Assembly: GCA_001794825.1 (NCBI GenBank) | Contig: MGLK01000026.1 | Coordinates: 19,619 to 83,618, forward strand | DNA: 64,000 nucleotides | Reading direction: 5' to 3' | DNA from: Caulobacterales bacterium RIFCSPHIGHO2_01_FULL_70_19 | GTDB lineage: Bacteria; Pseudomonadota; Alphaproteobacteria; Caulobacterales; Caulobacteraceae | Shown: piece by piece, positions 10,175-22,756 of the stretch | Layout: each line of letters starts with the position of its first letter | Numbering within the stretch: position 1 is the first letter of the stretch | The notes under the pieces: model-generated | What the model was told of the DNA's origin: nothing | The model's database searches: none | What the model saw: only the letters and a program-made list of their open reading frames with translations | Program-made: the position numbers and the translations under genes

Positions 10175-10697
10175 GCCGACCTTCCGTCGCGCGACTGCCG
10201 ACGACGTCCCGGCGCTGCATGCGCTGGTGCACGGCGCCTATCGCGGCGACTCCGCCCGACGCGGCTGGACGCACGAGGCCGACCTGCTGGAAGGCTCCCG
10301 CATCGACCTGCCGACGCTGGAAGCGATCGTCGCCGACCCGGCCCAGGTGGTGCTGCTGGCCGAGCGGGACGGCCGCCTGCTCGGCTGCGTGCAGGTGACT
10401 GACCGGGGACGGGGTCTGGCCTATCTCGGCATGTTGACGGTGGATCCGGTCCTGCAGGGCGGCGGGCTGGGGCGGTCCCTGATCGCCGCCGCGGAGACCG
10501 CTGCGCGCGATCGCCTCGGCGCCCGCACGATGGAGATGACCGTCATCGTCCAGCGCACCGAGCTGATCGACTGGTACGCCCGCCGCGGCTACCTGCCGAC
10601 GGGAGAACGCCGGCCGTTCCCGGCCACGGATCCCCGCTTCGGGCTGCCCAAGCGGGATGATCTGGCCTTCGTGGTGCTGGCCCGGAACCTGACTTGA
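10167..10697 (+). CDS. GNAT-family N-acetyltransferase
   Basis: Acetyl-CoA motif A 'VDPVLQGGGLGRSLIAAAE', 'WYARRGY'. Confidence 0.85.
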   Translation: MTEPTFRRATADDVPALHALVHGAYRGDSARRGWTHEADLLEGSRIDLPTLEAIVADPAQVVLLAERDGRLLGCVQVTDRGRGLAYLGMLTVDPVLQGGGLGRSLIAAAETAARDRLGARTMEMTVIVQRTELIDWYARRGYLPTGERRPFPATDPRFGLPKRDDLAFVVLARNLT

Positions 10698-10728
10698 CCC
10701 TCACCCTCCGGGGCGGCGACGCTGGTTC

Positions 10729-11265
10729 ATGGAGATCGTCACCGCCCGCCTGAAGCTTCGCCCGGCCCGTCCTGACGACCTCGAGGCGATGCATACGGTG
10801 CTGTCCGATCCGCGGGCGACCCGCTGGTGGTCGACTCCGCCGCACATCTCCCTCGACCAGACCGCGGCCTGGCTCGACAGCATGATCGCCAACGGCCCGG
10901 ACCAGCCGGATTTCGTCGTCGAGCGGGAAGGGCGGGTGATCGGCAAGGCCGGCTTCTGGCGGCTGCCGGAGATCGGCTACATCCTTCATCCCGATCACTG
11001 GGGCCAAGGGCTCGCGCACGAGGCGACATCCGCCGCCATCGGGCATGTTTTCGCCACCGGAGACCTCGATGAACTGACCGCCGACGTCGACCCGGAGAAC
11101 CTCGCCTCGATCCGTTTGCTTGAACGGCTCGGCTTCGTCCGCACCGGCTTCGCCGAGCGGGCGCTCAGGATCGGCGACGAATGGAAGGACAGCATCTACT
11201 TCGCTCTGTCCCGGGCCGTCTGGGAGACGGATCAGAGGACCTCGACCCAGCCCTCGCCGAGGTAG
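10729..11265 (+). CDS. GNAT-family N-acetyltransferase (RimJ/RimL-like)
   Basis: 'ARLKLRPARPDDLEAMHTVLSDP', 'HPDHWGQGLAHEA', 'NLASIRLLERLGF'. Confidence 0.85.
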   Translation: MEIVTARLKLRPARPDDLEAMHTVLSDPRATRWWSTPPHISLDQTAAWLDSMIANGPDQPDFVVEREGRVIGKAGFWRLPEIGYILHPDHWGQGLAHEATSAAIGHVFATGDLDELTADVDPENLASIRLLERLGFVRTGFAERALRIGDEWKDSIYFALSRAVWETDQRTSTQPSPR

Positions 11266-11912
11266 TCGCCCCGCTTGCCGTAGCAGAACAGACCGAGCCG
11301 CTCGGCGCTCCGGCCGTCCCGCTCCGAGCTCCAGCGCACCTGTTTGCAGGGCCAGGCGCCGACCGGGGCTTCGCCGATCACGGTCAGCGCCAGCTGCGCG
11401 CCCGAGGCGCCGGTCCAGCGAATCGCCTCTCCGACCGCCATTTCGCCGACGCGGTTCTCCAGCGCCCGCATCGGCTGCACCTCCGGCACGTGGTGCCGAA
11501 TCCACGAGTCGTAGGACCGGCCGCCCTCGCAGTCGTCGCAGGCCACCGTGTTGAACTCATCGAAGGCCCGCTCCGCCGATTGCAGTTCGGGAGAGAACTG
11601 CAGCCGATAGGGTCCCGGCAGGGCGGGGCTGTAGTTGATCGGAGCCGGGTCGGCGAAGGCGGCGACGGCGGCTGAATCGCCGGCCTCCGCATCGCCGACA
11701 GGGGCTTCTGCGGTCCTCGGCGCGGCGGTCTCCGTCTCGCTCGCTTCGGACCGGCCGCGGCGGCCGAACAGACCGGCGGTCGCCTCACGCGCCGCGCCTT
11801 CGGCGAGCGCCTGGCCCGCCCCCCGGGCGGCCCGCTCCAGCAGGCTCTGGGCGGAGGCGGGGGCGGCGAGGGCGGACAGGGCTGCGGCGGTGAGCAGCGC
11901 ACGGGCGATCAT
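11232..11912 (-). CDS. Secreted hypothetical protein
   Basis: Start taken at ATG 11912, giving signal peptide 'MIARALLTAAALSALAAPASAQS'. No recognisable domain. The 3' end overlaps the convergent GNAT gene by 34 nt. Confidence 0.55.
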   Translation of the reverse strand: MIARALLTAAALSALAAPASAQSLLERAARGAGQALAEGAAREATAGLFGRRGRSEASETETAAPRTAEAPVGDAEAGDSAAVAAFADPAPINYSPALPGPYRLQFSPELQSAERAFDEFNTVACDDCEGGRSYDSWIRHHVPEVQPMRALENRVGEMAVGEAIRWTGASGAQLALTVIGEAPVGAWPCKQVRWSSERDGRSAERLGLFCYGKRGDYLGEGWVEVL

Positions 11913-12161
11913 GGCGGGAACCTTCCGGTCGTCTGGAGAAGAAGCGTCGCTGTAAGGACGCGCCTGCTGGTCAGCCAATGAATTGCGGGCAAGCTTTGCG
12001 GCTGGATTTCGCCATTAATCGCGGTCAGACGAGCTGCGCCGCCCGCCCTTGAAAAGCCGCGCGGCTTCATGCATAAGCCCGCGCTCGCGTGGCGGCTCTC
12101 CCGGGGGCCGCCGCTGTTGTTTTCGCGCCTTCCGGCGCCCGACCAGAAGATTGAGACGGAC

Positions 12162-12344
12162 ATGGCCGTTCCGAAGCGGAAAGTATCGCCCTCGCGTCGC
12201 AACATGCGCCGCGCCCACGACGCCCTGGGCACGAACGCCTACGTCGAGGACAAGGACACCGGCGAGCTGAAGCGCCCGCACCACATCGACCTGAAGACCG
12301 GCACCTATCGTGGCCGCCAGGTCCTGACGCCGAAGGAAGACTAG
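12162..12344 (+). CDS. rpmF: 50S ribosomal protein L32
   Basis: '[19 protein letters not shown]' is the canonical L32 N-terminus. 60 aa within track ORF 12069..12344. Confidence 0.95.
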   Translation: MAVPKRKVSPSRRNMRRAHDALGTNAYVEDKDTGELKRPHHIDLKTGTYRGRQVLTPKED

Positions 12345-12370
12345 CTCTTTCCACGCGTTGACGCCGATTG

Positions 12371-12399
12371 ACGGCGCGCGGTTCTCCGCGCGCCGTTTT
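12371..12399 (+). terminator. Rho-independent terminator after rpmF
   Basis: Perfect GC hairpin ACGGCGCGCGG-ttct-CCGCGCGCCGT followed by TTTT. Confidence 0.8.
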
Positions 12400-12437
12400 C
12401 GTGCGTTGATGACTCTCCATCTCACCGGAGGGCTCCC

Positions 12438-13037
12438 ATGATCCGCCGCCTGCTGCTCACGTCCGCCGTGCTCGTTCTCGCCGCCTGCGGGGCCGAGAAC
12501 TCCACCCCGCCCGAGGCGGCTCCCGCGCCGACCCCGCCGCCGGCCGCGAGCTCCACGACCCCCCAACTGACGGCCGAGGGATGGGGCCCGCTGCGCATCG
12601 GCATGACCCGCGCCGAGGTGGTCGCGGCGCTCGGCGAGGACGCCAACCCCGAAGCTGTCGGCGGGCCGGACCCCGCCAGTTGCGACGAGTTCCGGCCTGA
12701 ACGGGCTCCCGACGCCATGCTTGTGATGATCGAACGCGACCGCCTGACCCGCATCTCCCTGATCCGGCCGTCGGACGTGACCACAGACCGCGGCTACGGG
12801 GTCGGAGACCCCGGCGAAGGGATCGCAGCAGCTTACGGGCCCGCGGCGCGGCGCGAGCCGCACAAGTACGAATCCGCGCCGGCCGGTTACATCACCGTGT
12901 GGAGCCGCGGCGGCGGGGACGGCTATGTCGAGGATCCGGATGCCCGCGGTCTGGTTTTCGAGGTCGGCCAGGACGGGGCGGTGAAGGCCATCCGCGCCGG
13001 CGGGCCCTCGATCCAGTACGTCGAGGGCTGCGCCTGA
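12438..13037 (+). CDS. Hypothetical lipoprotein
   Basis: Lipobox 'LVLAAC|G' after 'MIRRLLLTSAV', then a Pro/Ala-rich linker. Confidence 0.65.
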   Translation: MIRRLLLTSAVLVLAACGAENSTPPEAAPAPTPPPAASSTTPQLTAEGWGPLRIGMTRAEVVAALGEDANPEAVGGPDPASCDEFRPERAPDAMLVMIERDRLTRISLIRPSDVTTDRGYGVGDPGEGIAAAYGPAARREPHKYESAPAGYITVWSRGGGDGYVEDPDARGLVFEVGQDGAVKAIRAGGPSIQYVEGCA

Positions 13038-13121
13038 CGCCTCTTCCCGCCCGCGCCTGAACGATCGCGGGGCCTCCGCCGGCGGCGGCTCGCCTTGCTC
13101 CGGGCGCTCCGGACGGGCTAA

Positions 13122-14438
<1,317 letters not shown>

Positions 14439-14540
14439 GGCAGGGGAGCCGCCGCAGATCCTGCGGCCAAGCTACGGTTCGTTAGGCATTTTCGGTCAGG
14501 ACTCGTTGATCACGAGTCCGCGCTCAGAAGGAGCGTCCGA

Positions 14541-14870
14541 GTGCCCGAGCGGATGAAGCCCTACGTCCCGTCCTGCGTACTGTTGCTGCTGATCGCCTAC
14601 CTCGGCGTGCAGGCCCTCACCGGCCAGCGCGGCCTGCTGGGCGGTGGAGAGCGCGAGGCCATGCTGCTGCGTCGGGAGGCCCAGCTGGCCCGCATCCTTG
14701 AGGAGCGGCGGGACCTCGAGGTCCGCGTCCGCTACCTGCGCACCGACAGCCTGTCGCGCGACCTGCTCGAGGAACGGGCCCGCGCCGTGCTCGGCTTCGC
14801 CGATCCCCGCGACTATGTGATCCGCGTCTCCCATCCGGCGTCCGAGCAGGTCCCCGCCGCGAGATCGTGA
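14541..14870 (+). CDS. ftsB: Septum formation initiator FtsB/DivIC family protein
   Basis: Single N-terminal TM segment followed by a coiled coil, 'SLSRDLLEERARAVLGFADPRDYVI'. Conserved position downstream of eno. Confidence 0.85.
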   Translation: MPERMKPYVPSCVLLLLIAYLGVQALTGQRGLLGGGEREAMLLRREAQLARILEERRDLEVRVRYLRTDSLSRDLLEERARAVLGFADPRDYVIRVSHPASEQVPAARS

Positions 14871-14984
14871 ACTTTAGTTACAGCTTCGCCGGGCCGCTTT
14901 GCGTTTCGGGAACGAAGGCTGCTAAAGCCCCTTTCCGTAACGACAGAGGCCCCGTGCTGCGGGCCCAGCCGGGAGTGAAGACGG

Positions 14985-16013
14985 ATGGCGAAAGCCCCCG
15001 CCGCCAAAGCTGATTCCAGCAAGGCCAGGAGTATCCCCAACAGGCCGCAGGCCTCCAAGGAGGACCTGCTGCGCTACTACCGCGAGATGGTGCTCATCCG
15101 GCGCTTCGAGGAGCGTGCGGGCCAGCTCTACGGCATGGGGCTGATCGGCGGCTTCTGCCATCTGTACATCGGCCAGGAGGCCGTGGCCGTCGGCGTTCAG
15201 GAGAGCGTCAGGCAGGGCTACGACAAGATCATCACCGGCTACCGCGACCACGGCCACATGCTGGCCGCCGGCATGGATCCGAAGGAGGTCATGGCCGAGC
15301 TGACCGGGCGGATCGGCGGCTCGTCGAAGGGCAAGGGCGGCTCGATGCACATGTTCGACGTGCCGACCGGCTTCTATGGCGGTCACGGCATCGTCGGCGC
15401 CCAGGTGGCGCTGGGCACCGGTCTGGCTTTCTCGGGCAAGTACCGCGGCGACGACTCGGTGGCGTTCGTCTACTTCGGCGACGGCGCCGCCAACCAGGGC
15501 CAGGTCTACGAGAGCTTCAACATGGCCCAGCTGTGGAAGCTGCCGGCCATCTACATTATCGAGAACAACCAGTACGCCATGGGCACCTCGATCGAGCGCT
15601 CGTCGGCGACGACCGAGCTCTACCAGCGGGGGGCCAGCTTCGGCATCCCGGGCGAGCAGGTCGACGGCATGGACGTGCTGGCGGTGCGCGACGCCACCCG
15701 CAAGGCCGTCGAACGCGCCCGCCGGGGCGAGGGCCCCTACATCCTCGAGGTCAAGACCTACCGCTACCGCGGCCACTCGATGTCGGACCCGGCCAAGTAC
15801 CGCACCAAGGAGGAGGTCGACGAGGTCAAGAAGACCCGCGACCCGATCGAGCACGTCAAGGTTCTGCTGGAACAGGCCAAGGCCACCGAGGACGAGCTCA
15901 AGGCCATCGACAACGAAATCAAGGCGATCGTGGCGGAAGCTGTGCAATTCGCTCAAGAGAGCCCGGAGCCGGATCCGTCCGAGCTCTACACCGACGTCTA
16001 CGTGGAGGCCTGA
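14985..16013 (+). CDS. pdhA: Pyruvate dehydrogenase E1 component subunit alpha
   Basis: TPP motif 'YFGDGAANQGQVYESFNMA', 'YRYRGHSMSDP'. Confidence 0.97.
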   Translation: MAKAPAAKADSSKARSIPNRPQASKEDLLRYYREMVLIRRFEERAGQLYGMGLIGGFCHLYIGQEAVAVGVQESVRQGYDKIITGYRDHGHMLAAGMDPKEVMAELTGRIGGSSKGKGGSMHMFDVPTGFYGGHGIVGAQVALGTGLAFSGKYRGDDSVAFVYFGDGAANQGQVYESFNMAQLWKLPAIYIIENNQYAMGTSIERSSATTELYQRGASFGIPGEQVDGMDVLAVRDATRKAVERARRGEGPYILEVKTYRYRGHSMSDPAKYRTKEEVDEVKKTRDPIEHVKVLLEQAKATEDELKAIDNEIKAIVAEAVQFAQESPEPDPSELYTDVYVEA

Positions 16014-16016
16014 TCC

Positions 16017-17410
<1,394 letters not shown>

Positions 17411-17414
<4 letters not shown>

Positions 17415-17725
17415 GCGACCGGGAAGAGCACGAGCTGAAGACGCCGGAAAGCGTCGCCGCCGATCCGGAAGCCATCGAGATCATCCGGATGTGGTGGTCC
17501 AGGAACGAGCCGGTGATGTCGGTGAAGCCCGCCTTCAACGACCCCGCGAAGTTCGGCCAGCTGCTCGCCATCGCCGCCCGGCACATGGCCTATGGCTACG
17601 CCGTGCGGCACGGCCACGACGAAAAGCAGGCCTACAATCGAATTCTCCAGGGGCTGAGCGACGTCATCAAGGCGGACAATGTCCAGACGGTCGCCGAGCC
17701 GACGCCGACCGGGAGCGTGCAATGA
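17411..17725 (+). CDS. Small conserved hypothetical protein embedded in the pdh operon (DUF5076-like)
   Basis: 104 aa. ATG 17411 overlaps the pdhB TGA, and its own TGA overlaps the pdhC ATG (ATGA at both junctions). '[24 protein letters not shown]'. Confidence 0.7.
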
Positions 17726-19014
17726 CCGACATCCTGATGCCCGCCCTGTCTCCGACCATGGAGGAGGGCGTCCTCGCCAAGTGGCACATCAAGGCCGGCG
17801 ACACGGTCAAGGCGGGCGACGTCATCGCCGAGATCGAGACCGACAAGGCGACCATGGAGGTCGAGGCGGTCGACGAGGGGGAGGTACTGGAGATCCTCGT
17901 GCCCGAGGGCTCCGAGAACGTGAAGGTCAACACGCCGATCGCCCGGCTGAAGGGCGAAGGCGCCGCCCCTGCGCCGGCACCGAAGCCGGCCGAGGCCCCG
18001 CCGGCGAAGGCCGAACCGGCTCCCGCCGGGCATGAGAGCGGCCAGGCCGTCGCCACGCCCCAGGGCGTGAAAGCGGCGTCGTCGGCTCTCGCCCCCGCGA
18101 AGGCCGGCGACGGCGGACGCCTGTTCGCCTCGCCGCTGGCGCGCCGTCTGGCGGCCCAGGCGGGTTTGAATCTCGCCTCGATCAAGGGCACCGGTCCGCG
18201 CGGCCGCATCGTACGGCGCGACGTCGAGGCCGCCGGCAAGGACGGCGCGGCGGCTCCCGCGGCGGCGCAGGCGGGCTCCGAGCCGCGCAAGGTCCAGTCG
18301 CTGGCCCAGATGGGCATTCCGGACGGCAGCTACGACCTCGTGCCGCTGGACGGCATGCGCAAGGCCATCGCCCGGCGCCTGACCGACAGCTTCCGCGACG
18401 TGCCGCATTTCCCGCTGACCATCGACTGCGAGATCGACGGCCTGCTCGCCTCGCGGGCCCGGGTCAACGCCATGCTGGAGAAGGACGGGATCAAGGTCTC
18501 GGTCAACGACTTCATCATCAAGGCCTCGGCCATGGCGCTGAAGGCGGTGCCGGAGGCCAACGCGAGCTATTCGCCCGAAGGCATCGCCATGCACCACCAC
18601 GCCGACGTGGCGATGGCGGTGGCGATCGACGGAGGCCTGATCACGCCGATCATCCGCAAGGCCGAGACCAAGTCCCTGTCGCAGATCGCGACGGAGTCCA
18701 AGGATCTCGCCAAACGGGCCCGCGACCGAAAGCTGAAGCCCGAGGAGTTCCAGGGCGGAACGTTCAGCGTGTCCAACCTCGGCATGTTCGGCATCAAGGC
18801 CTTCGCCTCGATCATCAACGAGCCGCAGGGCGCGATCATGAGCGTGGGGGCGGGGGAACAGCGCCCGGTCGTCAAGAACGGCCAGCTCGCGGTCGCCACG
18901 GTGATGACCGTCACCCTGACCTGCGATCACCGCGTGGTCGACGGCGCCATCGGCGCCAAATTCCTGCAGGTCTTCAAGGCGATGATCGAAGATCCTGTAA
19001 CGATGCTGGCGTAA
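17722..19014 (+). CDS. pdhC: Pyruvate dehydrogenase E2 dihydrolipoamide acetyltransferase
   Basis: Lipoyl '[13 protein letters not shown]', E3-binding '[16 protein letters not shown]', catalytic 'DHRVVDGA'. True start ATG 17722 within track ORF 17491..19014. Confidence 0.97.
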   Translation: MTDILMPALSPTMEEGVLAKWHIKAGDTVKAGDVIAEIETDKATMEVEAVDEGEVLEILVPEGSENVKVNTPIARLKGEGAAPAPAPKPAEAPPAKAEPAPAGHESGQAVATPQGVKAASSALAPAKAGDGGRLFASPLARRLAAQAGLNLASIKGTGPRGRIVRRDVEAAGKDGAAAPAAAQAGSEPRKVQSLAQMGIPDGSYDLVPLDGMRKAIARRLTDSFRDVPHFPLTIDCEIDGLLASRARVNAMLEKDGIKVSVNDFIIKASAMALKAVPEANASYSPEGIAMHHHADVAMAVAIDGGLITPIIRKAETKSLSQIATESKDLAKRARDRKLKPEEFQGGTFSVSNLGMFGIKAFASIINEPQGAIMSVGAGEQRPVVKNGQLAVATVMTVTLTCDHRVVDGAIGAKFLQVFKAMIEDPVTMLA

Positions 19015-19024
19015 GGAGCGCTCC

Positions 19025-20428
19025 GTGGCTGACTTCGACCTCATCGTGATCGGTTCGGGGCCCGGCGGCTATGTGGCCGCCATCCGGGCCTCGCAGCTCG
19101 GCCAGAAGGTGGCCATCGTCGAGCGCGAGAACCTCGGCGGCGTCTGCCTGAACTGGGGCTGCATCCCGACCAAGGCGCTGCTGAAGTCCGGCGAGAAGTA
19201 CGAGAGCCTGTCGCACCTCAAGGACTACGGCCTGTCGGCGGAGAAGGTCGGCTTCGACTTCGACGCCATCATCCAGCGTTCGCGCGGGGTGGCCGCCCAG
19301 ATGAACAAGGGCGTCGCCTTCCTGATGAAGAAGCACAAGATCGAGGTGATCGAGGGCTCCGCGAGGCTGGAGAAGGGCGCCGCGGCCCCGAAGGTGGTCG
19401 TGAAGCTGAACGCCGGCGGCGAGCGCACGGTCGAGGCGAAGGCGGTGATGCTGGCGGTCGGCGCGCGGGCGAGGGCGCTGCCGCAGATCGGCCTCGAGGC
19501 GGACGGCGAGCGGATCTGGGCCTATCGCGAGGCCCTGGCTCCGAAGCGGCTGCCGAAGTCGTTCGTGGTCATCGGTTCGGGCGCGATCGGACTGGAATTC
19601 GCCAGCTTCTACAGGGCTCTCGGAGCGGAAGTTACGGTCGTGGAAGCAGTCGACCGGATCATGCCGGTCGAGGACGAGGAAGTCTCGAAGGCGGCGCAGA
19701 AGGCCTTTGAGAAGCGCGGCATCCGGTTCCGCGTCGGGGCGAAGGTCACCAAGGTCTCGAAGGCCGGGCAGGGGGTTCAGGTCGTCATCGAGGTTGGCGG
19801 CAAGGCCGAGACCCTTGAGGGTGAGGTCTGCATCTCGGCTGTCGGCATCACCGCCAACACCGACGGCATCGGCCTGGAGGCGCTCGGCGTCGATATGGAC
19901 CGGGGGCACATCACGACCGGCCCGCACGGCGAGACCAATGTGAAGGGGCTCTACGCCATCGGCGACTGCGCCGGCGCGCCCTGGCTGGCGCACAAGGCCA
20001 GCCACGAAGGCATTCACGCGGCCGAGCACATCGCCGGCTTCCGCTCGCCGAACGTGGTCTCGCCGATCGCGGGGTGCACCTACACCCAGCCCCAGGTGGC
20101 GTCGGTCGGCCTGACGGAACAGACGGCGAAGGCCGCGGGCCGCGACATCAAGGTCGGCCGCTTCCCGTTCCGGGTGAATGGCAAGGCGGTCGCGGCCGGG
20201 GAGATCGACGGTTTCGTCAAGACGATCTTCGACGCAAAGACCGGCGCTCTCATCGGCGCTCACATGATCGGCGCCGAAGTCACGGAAATGGTGCAGGGTT
20301 TCGTCACCGCGATCACCATGGAGGCGACCGAGGAAGACATGCACGGCATCGTCTATCCGCACCCGACCATGAGCGAGGCCATGCATGAGGCCTCGCTGGA
20401 CGCCTGGCAACGCGTCCTGCACATCTGA
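19025..20428 (+). CDS. lpdA: Dihydrolipoyl dehydrogenase (E3)
   Basis: 'VIGSGPGGYVAAIRA', redox disulfide 'CLNWGCIPTK', 'YPHPTMSEA'. Confidence 0.97.
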   Translation: MADFDLIVIGSGPGGYVAAIRASQLGQKVAIVERENLGGVCLNWGCIPTKALLKSGEKYESLSHLKDYGLSAEKVGFDFDAIIQRSRGVAAQMNKGVAFLMKKHKIEVIEGSARLEKGAAAPKVVVKLNAGGERTVEAKAVMLAVGARARALPQIGLEADGERIWAYREALAPKRLPKSFVVIGSGAIGLEFASFYRALGAEVTVVEAVDRIMPVEDEEVSKAAQKAFEKRGIRFRVGAKVTKVSKAGQGVQVVIEVGGKAETLEGEVCISAVGITANTDGIGLEALGVDMDRGHITTGPHGETNVKGLYAIGDCAGAPWLAHKASHEGIHAAEHIAGFRSPNVVSPIAGCTYTQPQVASVGLTEQTAKAAGRDIKVGRFPFRVNGKAVAAGEIDGFVKTIFDAKTGALIGAHMIGAEVTEMVQGFVTAITMEATEEDMHGIVYPHPTMSEAMHEASLDAWQRVLHI

Positions 20429-20434
20429 TCCGAC

Positions 20435-20767
20435 TCAGTCGGCGGCGTCGGTCACCGGTCGGGCGCTCTGGGTGTACTCGCGGGCCGAGGGGATCGAGCG
20501 CTCACTGGCCTCGTAACGGGTGCAGAGGCCCCGATAGTTCGGCCGCGCGCAGAGCTCCCAGACGCCGCGCTGCACGCGGATCGAACGGACCGGCCACTGG
20601 AGAGCGAGGTCGGGGCTGGGGCCGGTGAGGGTGCGCGACGGGCCGCGGTAGCCAATGTCCCGATAGATGATGGCCAGCGGCTCGGCGGTCGGCGGCGGCG
20701 CGGCGGCCGCGGCGAGCGATGCGGCTCCAGCAAGGAGAGCGGCGAGTACGATGCGGCGCGGCGTCAT
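20435..20767 (-). CDS. Secreted beta/gamma-crystallin-like domain protein
   Basis: Signal peptide 'MTPRRIVLAALLAGAASLAAAAA'. Greek-key-like 'YRDIGYRGPS...VWELCARPNYRGLC'. Confidence 0.6.
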   Translation of the reverse strand: MTPRRIVLAALLAGAASLAAAAAPPPTAEPLAIIYRDIGYRGPSRTLTGPSPDLALQWPVRSIRVQRGVWELCARPNYRGLCTRYEASERSIPSAREYTQSARPVTDAAD

Positions 20768-21083
20768 GCGAAATCTCCCGTGACAGGCGTCCGGAGGCAC
20801 GAAGCCTGATCATACGTCGAGATGTCGCTAATCAAAAACATTGCGACTGAACACGAGCGGCGGACGGGACTTTGACCTCCATCATGGACGAACGATTTCC
20901 CGCATTCGGTGCGCTATGATCGCATAATCTGCGACTCAGATTCGCATCGGGTTTTCGACCAAACTGCCTCTCGAACTTCCCCAATCGCGTGATCGGACGA
21001 GGAGCGCCGTGCCGAGCTGAACGCGGAACAGGTCATCTGCCGGCAGATTGCTTTTGGACGTATCGCCCCCCCGAGCCGGGCGA

Positions 21084-21428
21084 CTATTTTCTTTTCTTAC
21101 TTCGTTTCGCGTTGGATGTCGGCTCGATCCACAGTTTTCGTGCAAACATCCAGCTGGGATCCGCCTGCTCGCGGGGTGTCGGAATAGCTCGCTTCTGCAG
21201 CGCGACCTCAAACTCCTGAACTTTGCCGCCGCTCACCAATTGTCCCAGCTGCATTTTGAACAGCTGAACGTCGCCGAAATAGTTGGGATAAGCCTTCCTC
21301 AAGTTTGCCAGCTTTACCCCCTCGACCAGGACGACGTCCGAGGTGTCCTGACCGGTCAGGTTGTCGTTGACCTCCGCATCTTCATAACTCTTCACCGCAA
21401 ACTGGGACTTGAACTTCACTCGCCCCAA
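21084..21428 (-). CDS. Hypothetical protein with basic C-terminal tail (third gene of the HEPN-motif cassette)
   Basis: 114-aa ORF in a visibly AT-richer stretch, 44 nt downstream of the HEPN-motif gene. Tail 'NAKRSKKRK'. No domain recognised. Confidence 0.5.
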   Translation of the reverse strand: MGRVKFKSQFAVKSYEDAEVNDNLTGQDTSDVVLVEGVKLANLRKAYPNYFGDVQLFKMQLGQLVSGGKVQEFEVALQKRAIPTPREQADPSWMFARKLWIEPTSNAKRSKKRK

Positions 21429-21472
21429 CCACGCGGGCGGCGCCGACCAAGGTCCCGCCAGGCGATGCGCGA

Positions 21473-21991
21473 TCAGGACAGAAGGAGGTCGCTCTCGTCC
21501 AGGGCCTCGGCGAGAGCCACGAGACTGTCGAAGTCATACTTGCGGCCAAGCTTTGCTGTCCAGTATCGGCCGTGAGCGAGCCAGTGACGCAGCTTCAGCG
21601 CGCCCTTGATGTCGCCGATCAGCGCGCGGGAGAGACTGCCCTCGGCCTTCCAGGTTTCGAGAATGTCTTCCTCAAGTCTGATCCGCTCGCCCCGCGTTTT
21701 CCTGATCTGCCGGAAGGTCTTTGCAAGCTTGGCACGCTTGCGGCCGGCGCAACGCTTCTCGAAATCGATCCGGAATGACGCCTCGATCGCGGCCAGGAGG
21801 ATCAGGGATTGACTGAGCTCCAGTTCAGCCAGCCGCTCGTGCAGATCGCGCGCCACATCGGCTGGCGATGCGCCAGTAAAGCGCACGGGGTCCGCGTGCG
21901 GGTTTCCGAAGTAGGCGCGCAGGGCCGCACGGCTGTCGATATAGTGATCGACAATCAGAGCCGTCGTCAGGGTCTCGTCGGAGGCAGACAC
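21473..21991 (-). CDS. Hypothetical protein with C-terminal HEPN-type Rx4H motif (candidate RNase toxin/effector)
   Basis: 'LKLRHWLAHGRYW': CGT CAC TGG CTC GCT CAC at 21572-21589 gives R-H-W-L-A-H followed by G (R-x4-H, AHG variant). Helical-looking sequence. GTG start shares 1 nt with the upstream stop. Confidence 0.55.
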   Translation of the reverse strand: MSASDETLTTALIVDHYIDSRAALRAYFGNPHADPVRFTGASPADVARDLHERLAELELSQSLILLAAIEASFRIDFEKRCAGRKRAKLAKTFRQIRKTRGERIRLEEDILETWKAEGSLSRALIGDIKGALKLRHWLAHGRYWTAKLGRKYDFDSLVALAEALDESDLLLS

Positions 21992-22518
21992 TAAGAGGCG
22001 ACTGCCAGGACGGCCTCCTTGAAGGCCCGCTCATCAAGCTCGACATAATCGCGTCGCGGGCCTTCCGAGAACTTCCAGGCCCACGTCGGCGGCGGTGGCG
22101 GGTTTCGCTTCTCGCGTTCAACATCTTCTTCACCGAGGACGCGGATCCGCGCGCGGCTCGCGGCCTTGTCGACCAGGACAAGCTTACGGCTATCGCGGGG
22201 GCCTATGAGGTCGACCCGACCGTGCGCCCCGAAGATGAGGGCGCCGATCGGACGAAGTTCGACTTGCTTGGGACCGATCTCGATGACCAGCCGTGAAATC
22301 TCGTAGGTCCCAAGAAACTCCTCGTTCAGCGTGGTCGGACGCCGTTCAAGGCGGATCGCGCCGGACGCCGTGAAGGCCGCCAGAAAGGATTCCACCTGCC
22401 GGTAGAGAGCCTCCACATCATCCAGCCACTCACGGATGCGGGCGTCAGCGTCAAAAGGATCGTTGCGGGCGCTCTCCAGCTCAGCGGCTACGAAGGCGGA
22501 GAATCGATCAGTCGTCAT
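21991..22518 (-). CDS. Hypothetical protein (first gene of the HEPN-motif cassette)
   Basis: 175 aa from ATG 22518 ('MTTDRFSAFVAAELESARN...'). The rest of track ORF 21991..22995 is Arg/Ser/Pro-rich read-through that overlaps the kinase gene on the same strand. TAG shares a base with the GTG of the next gene. Confidence 0.55.
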   Translation of the reverse strand: MTTDRFSAFVAAELESARNDPFDADARIREWLDDVEALYRQVESFLAAFTASGAIRLERRPTTLNEEFLGTYEISRLVIEIGPKQVELRPIGALIFGAHGRVDLIGPRDSRKLVLVDKAASRARIRVLGEEDVEREKRNPPPPPTWAWKFSEGPRRDYVELDERAFKEAVLAVAS

Positions 22519-22756
22519 GGTCAACCTCTGCGCGGACACCAAGTCCGGGCGCAATGTGGAGTGTAGGCGCCCACGCTGTCCTGCGCCACGGGCGAAGGCG
22601 GTTGATCTGCGCCGACGAAGCGAATTTCGTCCTCGAGCGCCCGCTCCGGGGCAGTGGGTATGCCCGGTCCGATGACCTCGAGGAAGACATTGCGGTCGCC
22701 TCGAATAGCAACCGCTGCCATTGGGGCGGGCAGCACAGATCCTCGGGCTGACGCGC

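Noticed and set aside
14499-14519. Hairpin GGACTCGT-tgatc-ACGAGTCC between eno and ftsB.
   Set aside because: The stem is a perfect 8 bp, but no U-tract follows and the position is ambiguous (eno terminator or ftsB leader). Evidence is too weak to annotate.
20920-20928. 9-nt sequence TCGCATAAT at the left island edge, present as an inverted copy ATTATGCGA at 48853-48861 near the right edge.
   Set aside because: The match does not extend beyond 9 nt, and my rough estimate puts chance at a few percent for the two edge windows. That is insufficient to call island-bounding inverted repeats.
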